Below are positions 1 to 12,129 of a DNA stretch of 64,000 bases, piece after piece. Source of the stretch: Callorhinchus milii (Eukaryota). The notes beneath the pieces are model-generated. The model had not been told where the DNA came from, searched no databases, and saw only the letters and a list, made by a program, of their open reading frames with translations. The DNA lies in the NCBI RefSeq assembly GCF_018977255.1, contig NW_024704742.1:102612001-102676000 (forward strand), read 5' to 3'. How positions within the stretch are numbered: position 1 is the first letter of the stretch; the number at the start of each line of letters is the position of its first letter. Position numbers and translations under genes: made by a program.

Positions 1-1490
1 TTCCCGCTCAAAACAGCCACCATCACCCCCACCCTGAAGAAACCTTCCCTCGACCTGTCACAGCTATCTAGCTACCGGCCCATCTCAAATCTACCCTTCC
101 TATCCAAGGTCCTTGAGAGAGCCGTTGCTTCCCAGCTTCGCTCTTTCCTCTCACTCCCACCATGAGTCCCTCTAATCGGATTTCTGTGCTGCCCACAGCA
201 CAGAAACTGCTCTGGCCACAAATGACATCCTGACCATGTGCGACCAGGGCTCCCTCTGCCTCCTCGTCCTCCTCGACCTCTCTTGTCACATTTGACACCG
301 TGGACCACTCAATCCTCCTCCACCGCCTCTCCTCCCACCTCAACCTTCAAGGTTCTGTCCTTGACTGGTTCAGGTCCTACCTTTCACACCGCCTCCACTT
401 GGACGCGGCAAACGGCTTCTCCTCCAGCCCCCGCACAGTCTCGTGCAGTGTTCCTCAGGGCTCTGTCCTCAGTCCCCTCTTCTTCACCCTCTACATGCTC
501 CCCCTTGGTGACATCATCTGCAGGCATGGGGTAAGTTTCCACATGTATGCGGATGACACCCAACTCTACCTCTCTGCCTCCACCCTCAACTCCAGGACTA
601 CTGGCGTCCTGACCAACTGCCTGTCCGACATCAAGTCCTGGACGAGGGACAGCTTTCTCCAACTCAACGTCAGCAAGACCGAGGACCCCCTGATTGGCTC
701 ACGCCAGCGCCTGGCAGCATCAGCCTCCATGGCTGCACACTCAACCTCACTAAGCCAGTCAGGAATCTGGGTATCTTGTTTGACCCTGAACTGTCCTTTC
801 TCCCCCACATCCGTGCCATGACCGGCACTGCCTACCACCACCTCTGCAATATTGCCAGACTCCGCTACTGCCTCACCCCTCAGGCTGTCGAAACCCTCAC
901 CCACGCATTCGTCACCTCAAGGATTGATTACGGGAACTCCCTCCTCATCGGCCTTCCCAACTCTTCCCTTCACAAGCTGCAGATCATCCAACACTCTGCA
1001 GCTCATGTACTCCCACACACCAGGCTCCGCAACCCCATCACTCCCACCCTCGCCCGACTCCACTGGCTCCCCATCCCCCGGAGGATCAAGTTCAAGATCC
1101 TCGTCCTCACCTTTAAGGCCATCCATGGTCTTGCCCCATCCTACCTCTCTGACCTGCTGACTCCCTACGAGCCTGCCCGCTCCCTCCGTTCATTGGGCTG
1201 CGGTCTGCTCCACATCTCCCGCCCGACCCGCCCTACCATCGGTGGCCGGGCTTTCAGCCTCTCTGCCCCCACACTCTGGAACTCCATCCCACGGTCCCAA
1301 GGCCTCACTTCCTCCCTTGCCTCCTTCAAGGCTGGTCTCAAGACCCTTCTCTTCGATCGTACCTTTGGTCTCCCTCCCACCTCACCGCCTTCCCTCACCC
1401 ATGCTCGGGCCCCGACATCTGACTGTTCAGTGCTTTGCGACGTCCTCCCGATGTGAAAGGCGCTCTATAAATGTAATTTTGTTGTTGTTG
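1..1490 (+). mobile_element. L2-clade LINE, 3' part with frameshifted reverse transcriptase (tail type A)
   Basis: ORF fragments with [31 protein letters not shown] and LHWLPIPRRIKFKIL. Ends in gacgtcctcccgatgtgaaaggcgctctataaatgtaatttt(gtt)n. Confidence 0.95.
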
Positions 1491-3429
1491 TAAGAAATTG
1501 ATAATGTGATTACAGTGTATGCTACTCCAATCTAGAACCAGACAGCTAAAGAAGCCATCGGGTAGTTTAAACTTTTTTTGGAGGGGTCAACTGGTTGTCT
1601 GACACAGATGTAAACCCATTCCTATGTTTAAGAGTATCCAAGCCAATATACAGAGAGTTCCACATGGGCGTGAAAACTTTCCTTTGTTTGCATACTTTCC
1701 CTGGAAAGTATTAAGCACAGATTGACAAAAGCTAGGTTTAGGGACTCAGAATGTGTGTTGGCTTTTAACTTGCAAGGCTAATGGGAACTGAGTGGGAAGA
1801 ATCTCTGCCTCCAAGCCAGGTTGGCTGGATTGTTAGCAACATTGCCTTGAGGCACTGCTGATCTGCCTGGCTCAGGAACCAGACTACCAAGACCACCAAA
1901 CAGTGTTGGTTCAATTCTAATATTCCATTGCCAAGCACATCACCTTAGAGCCAGCTCAGCTCCATTTATCTTCTCCCTCTCCCACCCCAGGATAGTTCAA
2001 ATTTGAATAATACCTCGTGCATCAACTAAAACCCATTTGAAAGCCAAATCTGATCTTGTACTGCAGAAGATCCATTCCTGATTCAGCCAGCAGCCGAGTG
2101 ATGATGGGTTTGAAGTGAGTAGAAATGGCCTGTGACCGTTTTGTGTACTATCGGCAGAGCCCTGCAATTGGATTTTGTGCTTGCTATCACAGTTGGAGAA
2201 TGTCAGATGTCATGAAGATGGTGGTGGGAGGAAAAGAAGACAAAGAATCCCAAAATACATTTTCTCCTGGAATGAACATTCATTCAGTGAAATGTATTGT
2301 CTGTTGTAAAGTACAATTGCGAGGCTGCCTCTAAAATGATTGGTGTGATGTATTTTGCTGAATAGTATTAAGGGGGAAACTCAAAACCAAGGTGCATGAA
2401 CAGAACAGACATACGCTTAGTGAGGAAACCAATCCATCTGAGAAAATCTGCAATAGTGTACGATTGTTGAACAAAAATTATACTTGAAAGATTTAGGAAA
2501 ATCCACTATGTCACTAAAGATAAGAGTCGGTAAGGACAGTTAATGCTTTTTTACCAACTTTTCACATCTAAATCAACAAAATTGAATGCAAACTTGTTCT
2601 TTCATAGTGACGCAACCCCCTTTGAGTTATTAAAAGTCGTTTAATGCAAAGTCAAATTCATGGGTGGTTCTGAAGAGTTGGCAACAGGATGCATCTTCCT
2701 GGAATTTGGCAAGACAATATGGCCATTCTGCTAATTGTTTTTTAATAATTCACAGAGAATGAGCTTGAAAATTATTCACGAGTTAAAAATGTCACTAAGT
2801 TGGAAGTCCTGAATTGTGCAAAATCAAGCCATTCAAAACCTACTATAGTCACTGAGAAAAGCATGTAACATTCTGCTTCGCTTTGTGCTATCATGAACTT
2901 ATTCTTCCAGCAAGGAGTTCTGTGAATTGAATGTAAACTTTGACTTTTACAATTTTCAGGAACATTGCACTAAAAATATCATTTTAAAACCATTAGAACT
3001 TTCTCCTGGAGTTTTTTTTAAACGTACATAAATGAGGCAGAAGTGCATAACCGTAACATAACCGTAACTACCTGCTGTGCCAAGGTTTGTCTAAACACAA
3101 CAGAAACACTGCTTTAAAGCCCTATATACTGCCTTACAGCCTATCCAATAAATTTAAAATAGTACCATAATACCATGTGAAATGTGGTATGTTCTAATGA
3201 TCACATCTGGTATTCACAAACTCAAGAGCTTTGTGAAACCTAATTAACATGCAGCAATTTGCCACCAACAAACTTTCTACATATATTCTCAGGGGAGTTT
3301 GTTTAAATAAATCGATAGACATTGTAAATCAGCTTCTGGAGCATAGTGAAGCAATTAGCCAGGCATTGCTGAAATAATGCTTTTCACGTTTAATAAGAGG
3401 CCCAGACACCAGTTTTGGAATTCTCATTT

Positions 3430-3980
3430 ATTGGATGTCAACTCTGGAAATGGCGTGTGGCTGGACAAACACTAACACTGCAGTAATTCTATAACAACCA
3501 ATGCAATAACTGGCCCTTCTGGATGACCAGGCATTTTTTAAGGGAGTGTCAATCATGGAACTGTCAGTTTGATCCACTTGGACAATTTGCGTAGATGGAT
3601 TTTTGTTCAGGTAAGTTGTCTCTGAGCACTTTTGAATCATGTCTCAATCTTTCAAACCTTTAAGTTATCCAGACCAAGGGAGAAAATTGGAGATAGTGTT
3701 CCATGAAGAAATTATAGAGATTGTAAAATTTATGCAGCGGCCGTGATATTATCCAGATGGACCTGGCAATCTTGACCTCTCTTGACAACATGAAAGGGAT
3801 GGGCTACAATATTTATCATTGTCAGACTTTTAATACAGAATAATAGATGCTTAAGATATATTTGATGCTTGCATGAAGAAGGGCGTTAGAGAGATTAATA
3901 GGGGTGGAGGCTCATGTGGCATATATAAATAGCAGCACAGAATAATTGGATTGAGTAGCCTGTTTCACGAATGTTGTATA
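3430..3980 (+). mobile_element. Highly degraded CR1-clade LINE 3' fragment
   Basis: CR1-like 3' UTR remnant (ggaggctcatgtggcatatataaatagcagcacaga...gagtagcctgtttc). The 5' boundary is uncertain. Confidence 0.5.
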
Positions 3981-3984
3981 TAAT

Positions 3985-4727
3985 AATTATAATAATCCTT
4001 GCATCTTTATCATGTAAATGATGCATCTCAAAGCGCTTTATAGGATTTTACTGTGAAATGCAGTGACTGTATTTGTAGCCAAAAGCAGCAGCCAGTTTAC
4101 ACAAAGCAATGTCCCATAAATGGCCATGAACTGAGTAACCAATTCTAATTTGGGGGATTGTTTGCCAGGACACTGGGAGAAATACTTTTCTTATTTTGAA
4201 TAGTGCTATGGATCTTAGTGCTATGCTATTGAATAGTGCTATGGATCTATGGTGGTTAGAGCACTCGCTTTGCAAGTGAGAGACCTGAGTTCAATTCCAG
4301 ACAGGGCGAAACCTTGGGCAAGTTTCCTTACTCCACACCCCTAATAATAATCCCTCCCAAACCAAAAACAATAATTAAATTGGTCATTTTCAATCTACGA
4401 CTGTTTGTGGGACATTGCTGTGCGCAATTGGCTGCCGCGTTCGCCCATAAATATACAGTCAATTCACTTTACAGTGTGTTCTGTGAAGCGCTTTGGGACG
4501 TCCTCCCGACGTGAAAAGCGCTATATCAAATGCAAGGATTATTATTATCTTTAACATCCACTCAAATAGACAGATGGAACATGGGTTTAATATCTCATCC
4601 AAAGGGCAGCACACCCAGCACTGCATTAGAGTGTTATACTGTGAGTTCAAAGTCCCAACATGCGGCTTGAACCCACAACCTTCTTTCTCAGAGGCAAGTG
4701 TGTTACCAGTTAAGCCTGGCTGACACC
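3985..4727 (-). mobile_element. Old tRNA-derived Deu-domain SINE (SacSINE1/AmnSINE1-like), interrupted by a young SINE
   Basis: Minus strand: head gtgtcagccaggcttaactggtaacacacttgcctctgag, then Deu core ggatgagatattaaacc...gtggatgttaaagat|ccatagcactattcaaa...gtgtcctggcaaac, then L2-type tail. Confidence 0.8.
4249..4548 (+). mobile_element. Young tRNA-derived SINE (tRNA-Ala-like head, partial Deu 3' segment, L2-type tail, (att)n end)
   Basis: ggtggttagagcactcgctttgcaagtgagagacctgagttcaattcc (A/B boxes, TGC anticodon-like loop) ... aagcgctttgggacgtcctcccgacgtgaaaagcgctatatcaaatgcaaggattattatt. Near-identical copies occur elsewhere in the window. Confidence 0.92.
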
Positions 4728-4810
4728 TAATTATGTTAGTGAACGGATTCTCCAGAGTGGAACTTATTCTGGGATGTTAAAGTGTTGTATCCATTTAATA
4801 TTTTTTAAAT

Positions 4811-5567
4811 ACAATACAAATTACATTTGTAAAGTGCCTTTTACGTCGGGAGGATGTCCCAAGGCGCTGGACAGTGAGGGATTTTGACCCGGGCTGGGGA
4901 TCGGGATCAGGGAGGGTGGATGGCAGAGAGGGTGGCCAAAGGCCGAAGAGGAGAGTTTTGAGACGCACCTTGAAGGAGGCAAGTGAGGGAGCAAGACAAA
5001 GAGAATGTGGGATGAAGTTCCATAGGGTGGAGGCAGAAAGGCTGAAGGAAGGCCCAGCCACCGATGGTGGGGTGGGCTAGGCGGGGGACATGGAGCAGGC
5101 GAGAGCCTGTGGAGCAGAGGAAATGGACAGGTTGATATGGGGTCAGTAGGTCGCAGAGATAGGGAGGGGCAAGGCCGTGGAGGAGATGGGAGCCAGGCGA
5201 GGTGGGGTGATGGGGTCACGGAGCCTGGTGCGGGAGAGGAGATGAGCTGCAGAGTTCTGGATGAGCTGCAGCTTGTGGAGGGAAGAATTGGGAAGGCCGA
5301 CAAGCAGGGAGTTGGTGTAGTCGAGCCTATATGTGATGAATGCATGGATGATGATTTCGGCAGCCTGAGGGGTGAGGCAGTGGTGGAGCCGGGCAATGTT
5401 GCGGAGGGTGGGGGGGAAGACAGAGTGGGTCATGGCACAGACGTGGGGTAGAAAGGACAGTTGATGGTCAAACAAGACGCTAAGGTTCTGGACTGGCTTA
5501 GTAAGGTGGAGTGTGCGACCATGGATGGTGATGCTGTCAGTGCCTGAGGTGTGGAGGCGCTGACGAG
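4811..5567 (-). mobile_element. L2 LINE 3' fragment (tail type A)
   Basis: ORF AFITYRLDYTNSLLVGLPNSSLHKLQLIQNSAA is homologous to the 1-1490 copy; same tail. Confidence 0.93.
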
Positions 5568-8500
5568 ATATTGTTTACCCATTACTTAATTGCCATCTCA
5601 ATAGTTTAAGAACCCTTCACTGGTTTTCATCAAAATCCATATGTAGTCTTTTAATTAGAATTTGCTTTGACTTCTGCCTGTACTGGAATTTGTTTGTAAA
5701 GTTCAGCAACATCAATACCCAAGAAACTTTCTTTTCAAGCTCTGACTGAGAGCCAGTATTATTCTACATAGGCTTGCACTAGTGGACAATTTGTATATGA
5801 GGTTTATAAATACTCTCTCAACGTTTTGCGATCGTCATTTGCGTGTGTCCACTTCTGTATATCCTGACAATCTATTCATCCATTTTAAAAGTTGTGTTAC
5901 CAGTTAGTAGAAGCAGCTACTACCTTGTGAGAGCTCAAAAGAACCACTGTTCTGTGCGTTAATCTGATTAAAATCAAGCAGCATGGACTTTGGTGTGCCT
6001 AATACCTTGATATTTTCCAACCCATACCTGTGTTCCCCAGGCACAACAAAGGCGAGTTTGCACATTCCAGAACTGGTAAAAGAATCTCTGCAGTTGAGTT
6101 TCTTGTTGGCTGGAATGAGAGACTCTTAAGCATCATATGGGTTGTGTGCATGTTGGCATTTAAGAGCAAAGTCTTGGCTGACACTCCAATATAGTGCTGA
6201 GGGAGAGTTACATTCTTGGAAGTGCTATCCTTCGGCTGAGACATTAAACCAAGTTCTTATCTTGTCAGTTCTTCATTTTAAATATCCTACAACAACAGCA
6301 AACTACAATTGTATGGCACCCTTCATGTTGGAAAGACATCTCAAGGCTCTGGACAGTCAGTTGTTTTTTTGACATTATTTAAAAAGAAAAAACAGTTTCC
6401 ACTGTTGTATTGGCTAACAGTTTTCCAAACAAATTGGTCATTCATTTCATGGCAGTTTGTGGGACTGTGCAGTGTACAAAATGGCTGCTACATTTGCCAA
6501 CAAAAGAAATCAGTACACTTGACAATTGGAATAAAGTGTTTTGAAAGGTTTCAACATATGGTGCTTTATAAAGGCAATTACATTCTTTCTTATTCCAGAT
6601 ACCTGGTTGACAAATAGTCAAGGTGAGTAGGATTAATATCTTTATCTTTATCAAAATTTATGTTTTTATCATTTTCAAAGCACTCCTTTGACAGGGAGAT
6701 TAGAAAACCAAATATTGTGCTCTCTTTACAGAAAATGTGACCATAATAGATGGGCCATTGAAGGTTCTTGTTGTTTATTTGCTTCACTTGATAATGTGCT
6801 GTGAGTTGAAAGGTACATATAAGTAAATTAAAAGAAGACATAAATTCTACACTTTGATTAACTTTTAAATTTGATTTTTTAAACCATGTTAATGGCATGT
6901 AATACAAAATTGTTTCTGATTAATGCTTGAATGGTTTGCAGAATTCAAACGTAACTAATTGAAAACACTTTTCTGCTCTGAAGCAAACATGTCATCAAAG
7001 AGACATGCAGATTCACTGAGCTGCGTGATGCACTGCAATTATAGAATTTTCTGATCTGCCCTTAATTGTGAGGTGCTGTGATGAACTGCTAAGTTTGTTC
7101 TCTCTTCACAGGGAAGAAAATACTTAAGTTCAACTCCAACAATATTCCATTTTACATTAAAATCAGACCTTGCATATATAAGAACTTGCAGACTAGGCTG
7201 CCATTAATCTGTCTGCTACAACCCTATAGCTCGGAAACTGAAGCAATCTGTGCAGGTGTCCAGATTAATGAATACTGCACTCAGCAAAAACAGATACTGG
7301 ACCCAAGGTTAATTTGTCTCCAGTCATGAATCTAGGTCATTGTACTATAACTGCAAGCTATAATAATGAGTGAGAAACTCACAAAGATAGCCTGGGTTTG
7401 TTTGGAAGATGTTTTCAGCACATTACAGCTCCCACTTAACATAAAATATTGGAGTAGACTCAAAATCCTTGAGACCTGTCACTTGCTGTTTGTAGAAATC
7501 TTCCTGATACATCTTTTGGCTCATAAAAACACTAGACCGCTATCTATCTGTGCCTCTCTCATTATTCAGTTCACGTGGACTTACACAGAGAAAGCTGTTT
7601 CCGAACAGAATTATTTATGATTTAACCCGTGGAATAAATGTTTGAATCTGAAGGTTCGCGAGAGGCACTGCTCATGTTTAACGTGCAAGCAATAAATATA
7701 GAGTCATTTTGGCTGTTAACATTCTCAGAGCATGCAAGAAATCTTCAACCAAGTAATAATAAAGACAACCCATGACTTGCTGTGCCAGAGGGTGCAGGAA
7801 CATGTGCTTAAAGACTTGTTTCCACTGAACTACTAGATCCAGGTTCACTGCTGTAAGGGGAGCCAAGCAGAACACAAGTATCTTCCCACTGGATGAAATG
7901 AAACATCCATCATCTCCCATGCCAATCTCAGCCCTTCCCAGCAGACTGCTCAGAATGATAAAGTAGTGGAGTAAGGCCCTGGGGTGATACAAAAGGAGAA
8001 AGATATAAATTAGAAGTACCCATCTCCTAAATAAAACCATTCCTAGGATGAGTGACCTGGATACATGAAAATATATGGAATGAGAAAAAGCCCATCAAGC
8101 CTATTTGTTCCACAGAACATTTACAATTTGTCATAGAATACACTTTAATTAAATTCACGAAGAAGATAACAAACCACAGGTATCCACTGCCTCCCCAAAA
8201 AGGTGAAATTTGTCAGAGCTCCAACATCAATCAAATAAAACTAGAACTTGATTTCACGCTTACATTTCAGTTCGAGCTGCTCCACGAGACTCATCCCTTG
8301 TCTCATTCTAAACAGAATTATTCATCTTTCAGATACTTATTCATCTTTTTAAAAGGAATTAACCAATACAGCATCTACTCCTTCACTTCAGATTAACATG
8401 TTTTACTTTTAAACTCCTACTTTCTAGTTCCATATTTAACAGTTTGTTAAATAATTTGCTTACGTTCACTGTAGGGCTCTCACCAATCTACGCCTCTCGA

Positions 8501-8579
8501 CATTAAAGGCACGTTGCGTTATCGTAGAAACAAGACACTTTCTGCACTGATTGTGCCAGTTATGTTATGTCATTAATTC

Positions 8580-9265
8580 CCATTCCTCCAAATTATCCAA
8601 ATTATTATTAATCCCACTTTCCCGTTTCTCTCCCATGCCCACTCATGTTTTTACTGCTTACATGTTTAACCATTTCCCTTTTGAATGATTCTATTAGGTT
8701 AACTTCTATAATGCCCATAATAATAATAATAATAATCCTTGCATTTGATATAGCGCTTTTCACGTCAGGAGGACGTCCCAAAGCGCTTCACAGAACACAA
8801 TGTAAAGTGAATTGACTGTATATCTGTATATTTGTGGGCGAACGCGGCAGCCAATTGCGCACAACAATGTCCCACAAACAGTCATAGATTGAAAATGACC
8901 AATTTTATTATTGTTTTGTTTTTTTGGAGGGATTATTATTAGGCTCTGTGTGGAGTAAGGAAACTTGCCCAAAGGTTTCGCCCTCTGCCTGGAATTGAAC
9001 TCAGGTCTCTCACTTGCAAAGCGAATGCTCCAATCACTGAGCTACAGGACTCCATGGTAACCAATTTCAAACAGTAGCAACTCGGTGGATAAAGAAATTC
9101 CGCTCTCACCTAATTTTTTTGGCAACATTCCTGAGACTGCAGCCCCTGATCACCGATTCCAAAATAAATAAAAAATATTTTTCCTCCATCAACACGGTCA
9201 GGATGTTAAACCCCTGTATCATATCCCCTCTCAATCTCCTCTGCTACAGTGAAAAAAGCCAGCCT
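8580..9265 (-). mobile_element. Degraded CR1 3' fragment, interrupted by a young SINE
   Basis: Matches the better-preserved CR1 copies at 20035 and 61042 (tttctctcccatgccc...catttcccttttgaatg; atcccctctcaatctcctctgct). Confidence 0.55.
8717..9053 (-). mobile_element. Young tRNA-derived SINE, essentially full length
   Basis: Minus strand starts GGAGTCCTGTAGCTCAGTGATTGGAGCATTCGCTTTGCAAGTGAGAGACCTGAGTTCAATTCC and ends in the L2-type tail plus (att)n. Confidence 0.93.
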
Positions 9266-10384
9266 CTGGTCATATTATATCCCACTCAATCAAGGTCAAA
9301 GAAAGTAAGGTCAGTTCTGGACTCCAGAACGAGAGACCTAGATACATGAACAAATATGGAATGAGAAAAAGATATTCAGCCAGAATATCCGTTGTGAGAA
9401 TCTATCTTCTACCTCGTCAGCATGAAATATGGAATAGGGTATTCACACTAATGGACACGGAATCACAATGGAATACTTAGGTTTTATGTTCTTATTTGTT
9501 TTGGTCATTTATTTTACAGCCCCAATTGCTTGCCAACTGAGATCGTTTTCAGCAGTTACAAATCAGTGGAAACTTGCCAAATGACACTATTACATAGAGA
9601 CAATAAAACTGCAAATCCCTTTTCCAACAACCCTGTTTTAGGATATTGTTGCATGAGCTTTGCAGAAAACAGACCCTTGCTTGTTAACTTCCCCTAGGAA
9701 CAGTAAGACTATGTAACATAATACCTGCAGGTTAAGGACCGATTCTCTTCCCGTATATCCTTTGACCTTCCTTATGCACAACGGAATGAACTAGTATCCA
9801 TTTCAGCAGTGTTCATGTGTTATCCCCCATCACACATTTTTCATATGTCCACTTGGGAAAAGAATCCCATTAAAGTTTTGTTTCCATTCCACAATGCCAT
9901 TGCATTAGATTGGATTGATTCAAAACCTTTGCTCACCGAGTCGAACAATATTACATAGCGTTTTATCAGAGAAATGGGAAAAAAAGCTGGAATAAATCCT
10001 CTTGTTTGGTACTGACAAAAAAAAGTATTTGAGGTAAAATCTTTGTTTCAGATTATATTTCAGATTATATAAATTCAAATTTTGAATATAATTCAGATTT
10101 CATTTGAACAACATTAATATCAGTTTGTTTGATACAATAACATCAGCAAATTGCTTTTGGGGTAGCTGAATTACTAAAATGGACAAATGGAGTTTGCTTC
10201 ACGGAACAAATCTTTGACTCTCAAACAAAGAATAAAGATATTAGATACATAAGAAAGGGTTGGTTGCATGTAGCAATGGAATACTTTTAGTTGTTTTGCA
10301 CACACTAAACCTTTAGTTACCTATATTTACCATGGAATTATTTAGCCTACTATTTTCCCACTCTACTTGATTGTACTCTTACTC

Positions 10385-11045
10385 TAGGTCTGAAGATTGT
10401 ATGTTCAAAACCCACATTGGGATTTGAGCTCAAGATCTTGGGTTGGTATTGTAGGAGAATGCTGCACTATCTGGGGTGAGCTCCTTCAGACAAGACGTAT
10501 GTCTGCCTGTCTCCTGGTGGACAATACCATGTTGCTATCTGAAAAAAGAAGTTTCTCATAGTGTCCTAGTGACTATCGACGATCGGGCCTTCAGCCTCTC
10601 TGCCCCCACTCTTCCATCCCAGTCCCTTCAACTGGGTCCCTCTCTTGCCTGCTTCAAGCGACCGCACCTTTGAGCACACTCCTACCCTCCCTGCCCTCCA
10701 TCCCCCCAATCCCATCCCCCTGTTCGGGTCCAAATCCCTGACTTTCCAGCTTCCTGGGACATCCTCATGACATGAAAGGCGCTATACAAATATAATTTGT
10801 TGTTGATGTTGTTGTCCTGGCTAACAATGTTCCAAATAAATTACCTGGATAAATTGTCCTCCAGATAAATGAAGCACTCAGAGCCCAAGTGAAGGGTAAA
10901 TACAAGTTGCTGTATTTATCTTGTTGCTGTTTGTGGAACCTGCTGTGCCTTTGTACAAAAAACAATGCACTTGACAGTAATCAATATAAAATGATTTGAG
11001 ACATTGACATGAAAAGGTGCTACAAAACTAAGTTCTTTCTTCTTT
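10385..11045 (+). mobile_element. Old Deu-domain SINE with an L2 tail fragment (about 10572-10815, +) inserted
   Basis: Deu core is split at gtgtcctag|...|gtcctggctaacaat. The insert carries gggccttcagcctctctgccccc and the L2 type-A tail. Confidence 0.7.
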
Positions 11046-11081
11046 TCCAGAAAAGCCATTTAATTTGCCCTCCACAACCAC

Positions 11082-11360
11082 ACCTGGGTTCAATTCCAGT
11101 CAGGGTGAAACCTTGGGCAAGTTTCCTTACTCCACACGCCTAATAATAATCCCTCCAAAACAAAACAATAATAAATTGGTCATTTTCAATCCACGACTGT
11201 TTGTGGAACACTGCTGCACGCAATTGGCTGTTGCGTTTCGCCCACAAATATATGGCCAATTCACTTTACAGATTATTCTGTGAAGCGCTTTGAGACGTCG
11301 AGAAGACGTGAAAAGCGCTATATCAAATGCAAGGATTATTATTATTATTATTATTATTAT
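11082..11360 (+). mobile_element. Young tRNA-derived SINE, 5'-truncated
   Basis: acctgggttcaattcc...gagacgtcgagaagacgtgaaaagcgctatatcaaatgcaagg(att)n; matches 4249-4548. Confidence 0.92.
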
Positions 11361-11849
11361 ATGAAGGCATTACCATGCTGCACACAATGCCAAGATAGCT
11401 TTGCAAGAACATAATGCTCGATACACTCAATTATTTTTGATCAGTCACCATTAAAGCACAATGCAAACACAGATAAACTTTAAACCGTTGAAAAATGAAC
11501 TCTGCTTAAACTCTGCCATGTTGCACTGTCCTTTTGAAATACATGGAGACAATAAAGTCCCATTGTTCTTTTGGTTCAGTTAAAGTTCTTGAAACACTGC
11601 ACTATGTGACCAGTCAAACTGGAGAATGTTCAAGTAGATTGGAAATGTACTGCAGCAGCTTTACAGTTCATCGGAAATCGAGATTTTTCAAAAAATGATA
11701 CATGTCTGTAGTCTTGGACTTGAAAATAACAATGCAAGTACAAGGAATGTAAGCAGCATTGTGTAATAACAACTTGCATTTATATAGCACCCTTCATGTA
11801 GAATAATGTTTTGGAAGACTTGACAGGTACGGAGTCCGATGATGAGCAA

Positions 11850-12085
11850 CAACAAGAACTTGCACTTATATAGCACCCTCCACGCAGGATAGTGTCTCAG
11901 AGCGCTTAAAGTAGGAGGGGGAAAGCAAAGGAGAGAGCAGGGAGAGCAGAGAGCAAAGGAGGAGGGGAATAGGTAAACATAGGCATGATTGAATATGTAG
12001 GATTTAAAGACAGATAGAGAAGGGCCGAAATAGACATAGGGACAGAGAGTTCGAAAGGGTAGGGTGTAGTTGCTGAAGGCTCTGC
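11850..12085 (-). mobile_element. L2 3' fragment (tail type B), degraded
   Basis: Tail aagcgctctgagacactatcctgcgtggagggtgctatataagtgcaagtt on the minus strand. Confidence 0.75.
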
Positions 12086-12129
12086 TACTGATAAAAATAA
12101 AAATCCTAGCATTTGATATAGCGCCTTAT

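Noticed and set aside
68..1493. Many overlapping ORFs in GC-rich blocks (also near 5, 12, 16, 26, 30, 50, 52 and 54 kb)
   Set aside because: All are frameshifted L2 ORF2 pieces or their alternate and antisense frames; no intact RT.
7678..8040. 120-aa hydrophobic ORF on the minus strand
   Set aside because: No recognisable family and no convincing splice context; expected by chance in AT-rich intron.
8980..9053. tRNA-Ala(TGC)-like sequence (also 4249-4310, 46320-46399)
   Set aside because: It continues directly into SINE body sequence and lacks a proper acceptor stem; a SINE head, not a tRNA gene.
11335..11360. Recurrent ~50-bp conserved motifs with (att)n or (gtt)n, considered as CRISPR-like or satellite
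   Set aside because: Irregular spacing and both orientations; these are retroposon 3' tails in a vertebrate genome.
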